Shown one piece after another: positions 38,401 through 58,900 of a stretch of 64,000 bases of DNA (positions within the stretch are counted from its first letter, which is position 1; the number at the start of each line of letters is the position of its first letter). Origin of the DNA: Lingula anatina (Eukaryota > Animalia > Brachiopoda); contig CM120641.1 of NCBI GenBank assembly GCA_051362555.1, positions 49,172,401 through 49,236,400 of the forward strand, written 5' to 3'. The notes below the pieces were generated by a model, which was not told the DNA's origin, made no database searches, and worked only from the letters and a program-made list of their open reading frames with translations. The position numbers and the translations under genes are program-made.

Positions 38401-39898
38401 ATCATGACGTCATCATTGCTGTAATAGATGTTAGCAGTTAGTGTACGTTTCTCAAATTTATTCATGTTCATAATTAACGCCGGTAGTGCTCGTTTACGTG
38501 AATTCTGGATGTACATAAAATGCTGAGTCAGCATATTTTAAGAAAGCTGCTCATCCGGGTACTTGTGAATTTTGGAGTTGCCCCCCGATCCAAAATTGAC
38601 AAACACCCAATGGTCATTCATCGTGGAAAGTTTCATGCTTTTATCAACTTTTGCACAATTTTTTGGCTTAGCCGCCTAACTAACACATTGTTTGAGATTC
38701 TTTCAGTAGGAAATTATTGTTTTCACACAGGTAAGGTGTTTGCATTTGTGGGTGTTGCGCAGTCTTTGAGTATGTTAATAGCCAGCCTCATATTCAACAA
38801 CTTGTACCCAGCGACGTTACACTTCTTCCCTGGTCTAACATTCCTGGTCTGTGCCTTTCTACTGATGGTTGCCGTAGGACTTACCATGTGAGCTGTCTAT
38901 GATACTTTGAATTGTTGGATTAATATGTGTTCTTGTAAAAGAACTCTGTAATATTTAAAATCACTGTTTACGACCAGGAAAAAGTTTCTTGCACAGTAAA
39001 TACATTGTCTAATATGTAACTAAAAAGCCCCAAAAAAGCACATACCTGTGCCAAAGCAGCTTTAATTTCATTGTTATCAATGATTTATTGAGTAGATAAC
39101 AAATTATCTTCTTCAACCAATCAGTTAATAAGTAGTCAATTGGAACTAGAACAGCACTCAGACAATCAAACATTAATCAATTATTGTTATCAATGATTTA
39201 TTCAGTAGATAATATGCTAAATTATCTTTTTCAACCAGTCAGTTAATAAATAATCAATTGGAACTAGAACAGCACTCAGACAATCAACCATTAATCAATT
39301 AATGGATTATCACAAAAAATTCTTATCATTTCTTTTTTTGTTCCCCTACCAATAGATTTTGAAATTTCATCAAAATCCGTCCAGTTTTCTCCACAGTTTT
39401 GCTTAAAATGGAACCAAAAGCAAAATGTTATTGGCAGAAGTAATAATAGTAAGTAGAAACATGATGTCCCTTAAAATTAGTCCAGGCTACATACTAACCC
39501 TCCAACATCAGTGTTTCAAGTGTCAGTTTTACCTCCAACTTTCAGTATAATCCGTGTTTACCTCCCAAAGGAAGGAATACAGATGTCCCAATATGCTTCA
39601 CAGGAAAAATCCCGTAAGTGTCACATTTAAAGAAAGAATTTCAATTTTAGTAGGGTTTTCCACTGCTGTAGTTGATATTTTTATTTTGCTGAGAGAAACT
39701 GCATTTTCTCAAATACAGTGCATTCAATTTCAAAATGTAAATATACAAGTTATGAAATACACAATTTCAAACAGTGGATGTGAAACTAGCCATTTGCCAC
39801 AATGATTACACTAATCCGTATTTTAATGTATATTAAAATACACTAAAAGGGGCAATTATTTTATTTCAGCACTCCTAGTGAATGAAGACATGAGTTAG
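29485..39898 (+). CDS. SLC46-family MFS transporter, paralog 2; coding exons 29485-30346, 30559-30801, 31285-31368, 38731-38887, 39546-39613, 39870-39898
   Basis: Aligns along its length with paralog 1 (MSLRQWWDEHKHE, VSVEP, GSWGDNVNRK, LRAIIAKMVSVNEQG|KVFAF, IFNNLYPATLHFFPG); ends ...QEKSPLLVNEDMS-TAG. Confidence 0.86.
33632..34419. mobile_element. Two adjacent related PIF/Harbinger-type MITEs (33632-34169 and 34183-34419)
   Basis: TIRs AGTCTGGGTCCCAA..TTGGGACCCAGGCT and AGCCTAGGTCCCAA..TTGGGACCTAGTCT, mostly TAA/TTA flanks; shared 5' segment ...ggtctacggccaaaaaa. Confidence 0.65.
35258..38097. mobile_element. EnSpm/CACTA (CMC)-type non-autonomous element nested in the Academ-like element
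   Basis: TIRs CCCAGACAGCCTCAGTRATCTGGCCCACGTCTGGCCCAGATCTGGCAACG at both ends, TA on both flanks, dense subterminal 11-bp TCTGGCCCA/TGCCAGA repeats. Confidence 0.75.
35632..37085 (+). mobile_element. Internally deleted Gypsy-type LTR retrotransposon
   Basis: Diverged direct repeats 35632-35853 and 36869-37085; PBS TGGCGACGAGGAT (35855-35867, complementary to the tRNA-Ser(GCU) 3' end); PPT AAGAAAGGAAGGGA (36855-36868); retropepsin remnant VLPDSGAYCNII in ORF 36394-36717. Confidence 0.85.
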
Positions 39899-40629
39899 TC
39901 CAAGCTGAGTATACAAATAACATCACATTTCTGCATGTTGCACATTTGTTACACTTAAATCAAAGTATCCAGATCCATTTTATAAAGCACAGGGTAAAAC
40001 TATGTTCCTTGTGTCAGAACTAGATCACGGACACTACTTTGGCATGTTGGAGACTGGGAGTTCCTACATTATATTATTATGAAGACCAGCGTAAGGACTT
40101 CCCAAGTTGGACGTTTTATATTTAATATCAAAGATATTGAAATTAAAGCAGTCTTAGAAGGCTACAGCAGAATAAATTTTACCTCCACATTCAAGAACTG
40201 CCATTGTTTTTGTGAAATGAAAACCAACATTCAAATTGTTGTCCAACATTTTTTTTATTAATTTGCAAATCTTCAATTAACCTCCCATTATATTTTGCAA
40301 ATCAATAATTTTGCAGCATGGAATATTTCATTTTCATATCCCATGGAGCTTTCTGTTACTTCAGGCCAACACCTTTTGCAAATCAACTTCATGGCATCTT
40401 GTGCTTTCCACCAAATGGGATACAGACTTCACGAACCCAAGAGCACAGGAGGGAATTCGCTGGCACAAGATCTACAATACAGTGCATTTAGATGTGTTAA
40501 AACAATTCGTTCATATAAAAAACTCCATACCAACAATTTTCAGATCATTCTTCCCCCCCCCCCCTTGTCAGAATAAAAGATCGCCACCTCCGTCTCAATC
40601 ACTAGCAACACCTTCCATGTTTTAAAAAC

Positions 40630-43392
40630 CTTTTTTATGTACAGACACAGATGTGTCTGTACATATAGCCATCATCTGCGTCTGTCGTCGCCGTCGCTGT
40701 CGTCGCCGTCGTCGCCGTCGTCGCCGTTGCCGTCGCCGTGCACTTTTACCGATAACACGATAAGTGGAAAACCATTTCGCCTTTTGATTTGAAACTTGCA
40801 GAACTGATGAATATTCATAATACGCAGGTCAAGTTCGAAAATCAGCATGATCGGGTCACTCTTAGGGAATTTATGCTGTTTTTTCACTTTTTTCAGCATA
40901 TTTACAGCACCGATAACACAGTAAGTGGAAAACCATTTTACCTTTTGGCTTGAAACTTACAGAACTGATGAAAATTCTTAATACGCAGGTCAAGTTCGAA
41001 AATCAGCATGATTGGGCCATTTTTAGTGAATTTAGGCTATTTTTTCACTATTTTCAATATCAATGCAACACTGATAACACAATATAAGAAAAACCGATTG
41101 GCCAATTGTAATTATACTCACAGGAGTGGTCAATCTTACTAAAACGCAGGATGGGTTCGAAAATCAGCATAATCGGGCCATTATTTTAGAAGTTATACTG
41201 TTTTTTCATATGTCTTCAGATTCAATTATTAGGCATGTTAACAGTCTCATTATTTAACTAATAAGATGCCTAAAAGTGTTTGTTTGATATTTCCTGCATC
41301 TTTACAACATTGTTAGTTGATTATGTAAAAAACATGGTAAACTTGTTATCATGTATTGTGTAATAAAGTGTCAAAAATGGAAATAAACTCATATCATTGC
41401 AGTTTGTCAGATGCATTCATCCACTATGTTCAGAATCTCAGAATGGAGGAAGTTGGGCATTTAACACTGTTCTATTGCTAGTTTTCCCATCTCATCAATT
41501 TTCTTAGTTGGTCATATAAAAATGACAGTAAAATATTTATTTTGTTTTATGTTAAAAAAGTGTTAAAAATGGAAATAAACCCATTTCAGAACAGTGCTGT
41601 CTTGTTTACATTTTGGCATTTTCAATATGTGACTTTGAAGTTCCATGGGCCTGAAGACTTTTGCTAGTTATATTTTCTGAATAACCATGATACTAATATT
41701 TTATAATTAAAAATTGATGGTCATTATGCTGTAAAACATTATGTAATATTGCATCAAAATTTGAAGAAACCCCTATTTTGGGCACTGCTTCCATGATGCC
41801 CATTTAAGGAAAATCATGTCACTTACTGTTCTCAAACTTACAGGAAAGAAACCTGGGACTAAAATACAGCTTCAGTAGGCAATGCAGTCTGTTTGGTATT
41901 TTTTTTTTCTTTTTTTTTTTTTTTTGGCAGTTAAACAGTTTTTTGTGAAAATTTAATTTTTCACTTATTGGCATTTTCAAGGTGTGACTTTAAATTTCCA
42001 TGATCCTGACGACCTTTGCTTGTCACATTTCCTGAATATCCGTGATACTAATATTTTATAATTAAAAATTGATGGTCATTATGCTGTTAAACATTATGTA
42101 ATGTTGCATCAAAATTTGAAGAAACCCCTATTTTGGGCACTGCTCCCATGATGACCATTTAACAAAAATCATGTCACTTACTGTTCTCAAACTTACATGA
42201 AAGAAACATGGGTCTAAAATACAGCTTCAGTAGGCAATGCAGTCTGTTTGGTAAATTTTTCTGGCAATTAAACAGTTTTTTGTGAAAATTTAATTTTTCA
42301 CATATTGACATTTCCAAGGTGCGACTTAGAACCTCCACGGGCTTGAAGACCCGTGCTAGTCACATTTTGTGAAAATCCATGACACTTATATTTTATTATT
42401 AAAAATCGATGGTCATTATGCTGTTAAGCATTATGTAATGTTGCATCAAAATAGAAGAAAACACAATTTTTGGTGCTGCTGCCTTGATGACCATTATGGA
42501 AAAACCGTGTTACTTATGATTGTCAAACTTTCAAAAAAGAAACACAGGACTAAAATGCAGCCTGAGTTAGAAAAGCAGTCTAATTGGCTTCTTTTTCTGG
42601 AAGTTATACATTTTAGTGTTATATTCATTATCTTTTTTGGCATATTCATTGTGGGACTCTGAGCTCCCATGGACATGAAGCCAAATGGTAATCATATTTT
42701 CTACATGTCCATCCTATTTATAGTCAATAAACAAAAATTGGTGATAATTATTCTCTAATTTATTATGTAATGTTACATCAAAATTGACAACAATCTTTTC
42801 GCACTGCTACTGCAAACATTATGAAAAGAAAACTGTGCTACTTATTATAATTTTAAACTTACAAGTATGATTTTTAGGATTGGCCTTCAGCTCATGAGAA
42901 AACCAGCTCTATTGGATTATCATGTTTATTGTATTTATGCATTTTTTGTGAAATTTTCATTTTTCTCAATCTGGCACTTTCTAAGTATAAACTTGAACTC
43001 TGATGGGCCTGAAGCCTTATGCTTTTACTTTCGTCTGTGTTACCTGTTGTGCATAAGTTGATGTTGACTGTGCAGTTAAACATAATGTATTATTGCATCA
43101 GGATTGGTATTCTCCTATTTTGGGCATTATGGTTTTGTGCTTTTCTTAAGGTGTGACTTATGGGCCTGAAGACCTTTGAGTGGGTCAGTCTGTAAATTAC
43201 CCATGGGTATCACTAGATTAATTTCAGAGTTATAAAGTCATTTGCTTTATAGGCCATTAAATGAGATTACGTAAAGCACACTTGTTGATATTTCCCTGTA
43301 AACTCCCAAAGGTAAAGCTCTTTGCTAGATTAATAACAAGGAAGCAGTGATAATTATGCAGGTAAATTTTGTTTAATATTGCAAATAAGTTT

Positions 43393-43441
<49 letters not shown>

Positions 43442-44250
43442 AACTGGAAGATTAAAAGTTTGAATAGCAGCTTCATTGGAATTATATTTACCTCAAGCTC
43501 TGCCAAGGAGGTTATATTTTCACCCCTGTTTGTCTGTCATCCACATAACACAAAAAAGTTATGGACCGATTTTGCAGAAATTTTCAGGAACTGTCGGAAG
43601 TGGGCCAAAGAGGACAATGATTAATTTTTGGTGGTGGTCCGGATCAATAATCAATCAATTATCAATAATAATCAACAATTGCTGCCTTGGCAGAGGTCTG
43701 CACTCTCAAAGTGCTTTTCTAGTTTTGTTGTTTTTCTTTATAATTTTTTCTCAAACACTTGCATTTGTGACTTTTAGCCCCAGGCAGGCTCTCATCTGCC
43801 TGGGGCTCTGCACATTTTCTGTATTTCTACATAAGCAGTTGTATTGTTTTTTATGTCTTTAAACATTATGTAATATTATTTTATGCACTGTCATCATTTT
43901 TCAAATATTGAGACTTTCATAATGTGAATTTGAACTCTCATGGTCCTGAAACTGTAATCTTATTGAAGGGGTGGATTGAGACCATCTTCTGGGTCTTCCG
44001 GAAGACAGTCAGGTTATTAAGTTTATATTGACTGGTATCTATTTTTTTCTGTTGGAAGACCATCAAAATGGAGGATGGATCAACATAGATTCTTTGTAAT
44101 ACTGTCAGAAAATATCTCTGGGTCCGCTCCTGTTATTGACCATGTCACCTGTTGTGCAAGATTAAAATTCAGTGTTGACTGACAGTGCTATTATAAGCAT
44201 TATTTATTATTGCATCAAAATTGACAAAATGACCTTTTTTGCATCTTTAT
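40630..44250 (+). mobile_element. Helentron/Helitron-associated non-autonomous element with internal tandem arrays; right boundary uncertain
   Basis: T-run, hairpin GTACAGACAC-AGAT-GTGTCTGTAC, (GTCGCC)n tract, three ~160-bp repeats with gtcaagttcgaaaatcagcat, then about five diverged ~340-bp units containing cctgaagac..gCTAGt. Confidence 0.6.
43488..43724 (+). mobile_element. Non-autonomous Helitron-like short element (same family as 24755-25092)
   Basis: Subterminal inverted CTCTGCCAAGG...CCTTGGCAGAG, 3' hairpin GCACT..AGTGC, CTAG end. Confidence 0.72.
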
Positions 44251-44716
44251 TTTCTGTTTTTTGTCTGTACATTTGACAGCTTTGCTGCCTTGTTTTTACT
44301 AGAGTACAGCCTTTATTCATAACATGCCAGGATACTAACGTACAGGCTTCAACTTCATTCTCAATCATAGGGAATAAATTAGTATTAAGGATGATACTTT
44401 GAAAAATGAAAGTCAACTGTTATCAAGGATATGGTTATCCATAGTAGCTACAGCATGCAAGCACAAGCCATGTTAGGGGCATGACATCCAGAAATTTTGA
44501 CTCCTCACCGTGTCCAAACTCCAAACTGTATGTACACCAACATTTGTCATATAGTTCTTTGATCTGGTTGTGAGACAATTCTTGTGCCAGTTGTGTTGCA
44601 AACAAACTATGACAAAAAGTCCTTTTTACTGTGATTTCTCTACATTTTAATCATTACATCTCTGATCATATTTACAATGCCATTGTTAGAAGAAAGTCCA
44701 GCATCAGTAGGGATGT

Positions 44717-52566
<7,850 letters not shown>

Positions 52567-52908
52567 CGCTGCAATGTTTTTGTTGAGTGGTGTCAATTTG
52601 GCGCGAAAATTTCGCGCTGCATTGGAGAAAAACTAGGTCACGAGAACTGATTTCTTTTTTAGTTTTTTATAACCCAATCATTGATATTGCTCTATTTCTG
52701 TGTTCTCATTTCTATTTTACTCATTCTACAATTACATCATTTAGGTTAATCATTTTTAAGTAGCAAAAAATTAATGGAAAATACACATTAATGTGATTGG
52801 CTAATGTTGGACACACCTCCAGAGAGGTCAAACAGTGTCAAGGACATTTATGTTTAGAAAGCGGTTGTGGCTGGTGACTGCTGAATTGAGAGCACAGAAG
52901 TGGCGAAT
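52567..52908. promoter_or_regulatory. Bidirectional MCM5/arginase promoter with E2F and CCAAT motifs
   Basis: ATGs are 343 bp apart. TTTGGCGCGAAA (52597-52608) and TTTCGCGC (52610-52617); ATTGG/CCAAT at about 52621, 52674 and 52796. Confidence 0.8.
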
Positions 52909-55900
52909 ATGTTCATTTCTTCGCTCTTCAGCGGAATTACAAAGTACTTTGTCAGCCAGACAAGAAGTCTGGTAAGACTGTCAAAGGATAAAGTCGGTGT
53001 AATAGGTGTCCCTTCCTGCAAAGGACAGGTAAGCAACGATTGCGAGGACTTTTTGTAGGAACGCAGTTTCTTGTATTTGAAGTCGAGTAAGGCGTGAAAA
53101 AAAAGGGAAACGTACAGTGTTAGAAAGAAAGAGCAAATAAGTTTTATAGCACTTGATTTGAGCGTCGTCTGATTATCTTTGTGAGTGTATTTACACTGGT
53201 TATTTGGTTTCTGTTTCATGTTTTTTATGGTTATTTGGTTTCTGATTCATCATGTGTTTTATGGTTATTTCCGCGGGTTTCTGAATCATCATGTTTTTTA
53301 TCTTAGTTCAAGGTTCACAGGATGTATATACAGTACAGGGCTTAGTGTGTTAAGTTTACTGCAATTTATCTTTGACACAGATTATATTTACTTAGATGCT
53401 ATTGATAAATGGTTTCACTGCAGGACAGCTATATGGCATTGTATCATTTTTATAATTTACATGGATCAGAAGATTCATTAAAGTATTTAATATATGTAAC
53501 AATTGCCCAAAGTGTGTCCAGTGAACCCATTGATAAACATTATTTTTAATACATTATATTAAATGCATTATATTATATTATATTATATTATATTATATTA
53601 TATTATATTATATTATATTATATTATATTATATTATATTATATTAAATACATCATATAAAATGCATTATGTATAATTTTATTTTATTTGGTTTTTAATTC
53701 CAGAGTGCAGGCGGAGTACAACATGGACCCAAGGCACTAAGACAGGCGGGCATTATTGACAAACTGACTCAGTTAGGTATGAAATAAGTCAATATGTCTT
53801 CAAATGATCCCATATCAAATTTATTGTGTAGATTGAGAACCATGTCATGATGTGTTATTAAAATATCAGAGAGACTATAATTAAAAAGAAGAATATTTGT
53901 TTGTGCTTTGTTGACCATCAGTGATTGTAGAGAATTTTAATTCTTTAAAAAGAAAAAGTTATTGAATAGGGTTTAATATATTTTACATTAACTGGCTAGA
54001 ATTAACAGTTCATTGGGAAAACCAACAAAGAATCATTTAGATAATTATTTAAAGGTTGTATGTTTTGAGCCTGATAATATTGAAAAAATTTTAAGAGTTT
54101 GCTGCTATTGCCCGAAGCTAAGTTTGTAAACTTACCCAGAGAGATAACAATCTTCTCGGGTGCAAAATGGGTGACAAAAGGAAAAAAAACAACAACAACA
54201 ACAAGGAAGATGTAAACCAACGTCTCTGGAACCTACATGTATGTGTTAACTTCATCTTTGTTTTACTTAATCTAGGTGTAGAGGTTTATGATTATGGTGA
54301 CTTGGTATTTGAACAGTTTGATGATGACACACCTATTCTGGGTCTGAAGAACCCTAAGAACATTGGACTGGCAGCTAAAAAGGTAAAACTATGTGTACCT
54401 GTATTTTGTGATTAATTCTTTGTAATTTACATTGACTGAGCTTATGTATTATATGAATGCAGTTATCAGTGAGACAGGGAGATTACTGTGCTATAACATA
54501 TGTTGATTTCTTTCTTGATGTAAACAATTAATAATTCTAGTTTACTTTGATTGAACTGAAGGACATGATATATTGTTTTGCATGGTATGAGTTTGAATAA
54601 TGTTATTCATATCTCTAAGACGGTTGTGATAACATATATTACAATTGTTATATGTGTATGTGTGGAGATCAGCATATATAACAATATGTGTGTTTTTGTG
54701 TGCGTATGTGTAGAGAACAGGGCACTAACATATTACAATCTATCAGATATCAGATCAGGTGTCCAGAGTGATCAAGGATGACCAGATAGCGCTGACCCTG
54801 GGGGGTGACCACAGTCTCTCCATTGGGACCATCCACGGTCATGCTGCTGCAGAGAAGAACATATGTCTTGTGTGGGTGGACGCACACGCTGACATCAATA
54901 CCCCACTCACCTCACCATCAGGCAATGTCCACGGGATGGCACTGTCCTTCCTGGTCAAAGAACTGAAGGAGTACATACCACAAATCCCTCACTTTGAATG
55001 GATTAAACCTTGGTAAGTTAGACACACAGTAACCCACATGTTATGAAAGCAGAGTATGATTTGGATAATTTGGATAATTCTCATATACACAGAAATTTTA
55101 GTGAAGTTGAAAGGAGTACACGTACCCCCCCCCCCCCCCCCCAAGTAGTCCTGTTCAAACTTACCACCCTTTTGTTTGACCCCTCCTGACTTTTTTTGTG
55201 AGGAAAAGGTCCACTCAGGGTAAAATTTGATCTAGGAACATGAAGATTTTGTGATTAAAGTTCCATTTTTTCCAATAAAGAACCCCCTCTTTAAAATTAC
55301 TGACCTGATACAAGATGTTATCAGGGGCCACAGTAATGAAAAAAAAAATGTAATTTATATTTTTTAATGTTTGTTACATGAGGTGGTATTTATTCAATCA
55401 GTGGAAGTATTTGGATGATAACATTCACATGTGGGAGGCTAAGATGTATAAGTAGCTGTAAATAATATTTCACATCTAGCAGTTCAAATTTTAATTTCCT
55501 TTGTTTCAAGCTATTAATCCATTAGAGCTTGATGACATGGAGTTACTGGAAGTGCCCGCTACAGTGTCTCTTATTATATATTATATATAAGATATTCTGA
55601 TTGAAAGATACCCAGTATTAGATTTTCTCACAAAAATGAACAAAATTGGGTCTAAACAGAACGGATATCACATGTAGTGGAAGAAAACTAATTGGAAATT
55701 AGAAATGATTCATGTGCTCTGTACAGGAAGAATGTTAGTTGGATCTTTACAGAAATGATACTTATGCTGTGAGCAGGAAGAATGTTAATTGGATCACTAC
55801 AGAAATCATATGTACTCTGTGAATGATTATGAATAGGATCAATATAAAATATATACATGTATTTACATAAAACTGACCTTGTTCACCATCTTCATGTACT

Positions 55901-58900
55901 GTTACAGAACTTGGGTCAAACCAAGATGAAGAAAAGCATCTGAACAAATTGATTGATAATAAATAAATGAAATCACTATGTTGTATATATTGGGTGGCTC
56001 AGAAGAAAAAAAAAATATTGCTAATTTCAAATTTAAATAACTTCAACAATTTAAATAACTTCAACAATTTGAAGTTATTGCATTGAAATTTGAGGTATTT
56101 AAGGAAAATTGCATTTTTAATAATTGCTGTTAATTTCATGACACTTCCTTTCTTAGTTTTTGCACTGAAAAAATTAAAATGTTGAGTCAAAAAATGCTGT
56201 GCCCGTCTATGTGATTTTTGATAGATGTCAGCTAGGTCAGAGATTATTCTTATTTTACAGGGCACTATAGCTGTCATATTAATTTACTGCAGTAATTTCA
56301 GTGCTTATTTCTTTATTTCAGTATTAGTGCCAAGGACATAGCTTACATTGGACTGAGGGATTTAGATCCAGGAGAACTGTAAGTGAAACAGGTTGTGCTG
56401 AACTTGTAAATAGTAAAATCGTGTCCTGAACTTGTCCAGATTTAGTGAAGCTGAATTGCCTTTTTAACTTACTCTACGCAAAACTCAATCCAAAGATTCC
56501 TCAGTTCACACCCACGGGGTAAACATAGGGTTGTACATAGAAAAGATAAGTACACATAATGGCCAGTGATATGGTTTATTAGTCAAACATTGGGTGTAAA
56601 TACATGATGTGAGGTTTTTAGCCAAAAACACTCCATATCTTTTGGAACCTGTATCTGTCTTCTTAATTCTCCCCCCCCCCCCCCCCCAATAACTTGGTCA
56701 AGAACCTGATCCCTGTTGCATATTCAGCTTAATACACTAATAGTAAGTCACACACTTGTTATATTTGGGGGTTTAAACAAAAATTTTAATTACAACATGG
56801 TAATTTACTTTCATTCACCATTACACAAGAAGTCCCATAGTTATACTTTCAAGAACCCTGCAGCTACATTGAGTCACTTCATGTTATTTAAGGACTGTAC
56901 TGATAAAATCTTAATGTCAACCATGGGGATAAAAAATTCTAAATTATTTAAAATTACATAGTTAATTACTTAAACTCAGCATTGCACAAGAAGTCACAAA
57001 ACTACGTACACATTGAAGAACTTTTCAGTGACATTTAGTCCCTCTATGTTACATAATTACTGAAATTGTATAATCTGCCCATGACAAGGTGTGGTTGCTT
57101 TTCTTTTAAAGAAATATTAATTGTTTATCCTGAGAATAAGGTGATGCAGGCTTGAGTAATTGTGTAGAAATATTTTCTCCTAATATGATTTTGAAAAATG
57201 TGTATGTGGCAATTTTGAAAGAAGAGTCAAAATCCTCCATTTTTCTGTCAGCAACTATATAACACCATATTCATTTATAATATTTTGTATTTTTAGGTGG
57301 ATTGTGCGTAACATGGGTATAAGCTGCTTCACGATGCATGAAGTAGACAGATATGGTATTGACATGGTGCTGAGGATGTCCATGCAAGCCATCAATCCAC
57401 AGTAAGTAGACAGATATGGTATTGACATGGTGCTGAGGATGTCCAAGTTAGCCATCAATCCACAGTAAGTATATAGATATGGTATTGACATGGTGCTGAG
57501 GATGTCCAAGTTAGCCATCAATCCACAGTAAGTAGACAGATATGGTATTGACATGGTACTGAGGATGTCCAAGTTAGCCATCAATCCACAGTAAGTTGAC
57601 AGATATGGTATTGACATGGTGCTGAGGATGTCCATGCAAGCCATCAATCCACAGTAAGTAGACAGATATGGTATTGACATGGTGCTGAGGATGTCCAAGT
57701 TAGCCATCAATCCACAATAAGTAGACAGATATGGTATTGACATGGTGCTGAGGATGTCCATGCAAGCCATCAATCCACAGTAAGTAGACAGATATGGTAT
57801 TGACATGGTGCTGAGGATATCCATGCAAGCCACCAAGTTAGCCATCAATCCACAGTAAGTAGACAGATATGGTATTGACATGGTGCTGAGGATGTCCAAG
57901 TTAGCCATCAATCCACAGTAAGTAGACAGATATGGTATTGACATGGTGCTGAGGATGTCCAAGTTAGCCATCAATCCACAGTAAGTAGACAGATATGGTA
58001 TTGACATGGTGCTGAGGATGTCCAAGTTAGCCATCAATCCACAGTAAGTAGACAGATATGGTATTGACATGGTGCTGAGGATGTCCAAGTTAGCCATCAA
58101 TCCACAGTAAGTAGACAGATATGGTATTGGCATGGTGCTGAGGATGTCCAAGTTAGCCATCAATCCACAGTAAGTAGACAGATATGGTATTGACATGGTG
58201 CTGAGGATGTCCATGCAAGCCATCAATCCACAGTAAGTAGACAGATATGGTATTGACATGGTGCTGAGGATGTCCAAGTTAGCCATCAATCCACAGTAAG
58301 TAGACAGATATGGTATTGACATGGTGCTGAGGATGTCCAAGTTAGCCATCAATCCACAGTTAGTAGACAGATATGGTATTGACATGGTGCTGAGGATGTC
58401 CAAGTTAGCCATCAATCCACAGTAAGTAGACAGATATGGTATTGACATGGTACTGAGGATGTCCAAGTTAGCCATCAATCCACAGTAAGTAGACAGATAT
58501 GGTATTGACATGGTGCTGAGGATGTCCATGCAAGCCATCAATCCACAGTAAGTAGACAGATATGGTATTGACATGGTGCTGAGGATGTCCATGCAAGCCA
58601 TCAATCCACAGTAAGTAGACAGATATGGTATTGACATGGTTCTGAGGATGTCCATGGTAGCCATCAATCCATAGTAAGTAGACAGATATGGTATTGACAT
58701 GGTGCTGAGGATGTCCATGTTAGCCATCAATCCATAGTAAGTAGACAGATATGGTATTGACATGGTGCTGAGGATGTCCAAGTTAGCCATCAATCCACAG
58801 TAAGTAGACAGATATGGTATTGACATGGTGCTGAGGATGTCCAAGTTAGCCATCAATCCACAGTAAGTAGACAGATATGGTATTGACATGGTGCTGAGGA

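Larger units (their letters stand above)
31526..38682. mobile_element. Academ-like non-autonomous DNA transposon with about 520-bp imperfect TIRs, inside an SLC46 intron
   Basis: Left TAGTCAGGCGGTTAAGTCC...(to about 32050) is the inverted match of about 38170...GGCTTAGCCGCCTAACTA. 3-bp TSD ACA (31523-31525 / 38683-38685). TAG termini with long TIRs and a 3-4 bp TSD fit Academ; no transposase recognised. Confidence 0.75.

Noticed and set aside
41640-43165. CCTGAAGA motifs in the ~340-bp repeats as tandem hammerhead ribozymes
   Set aside because: No stem II followed by GAAA..UH could be found after the motif.
54741-54758. tatcag-atatcag-atcag triple AG at the arginase exon 4 acceptor
   Set aside because: Too short to call a duplication; may be chance coding sequence (Ile-Ser-Asp-Gln).
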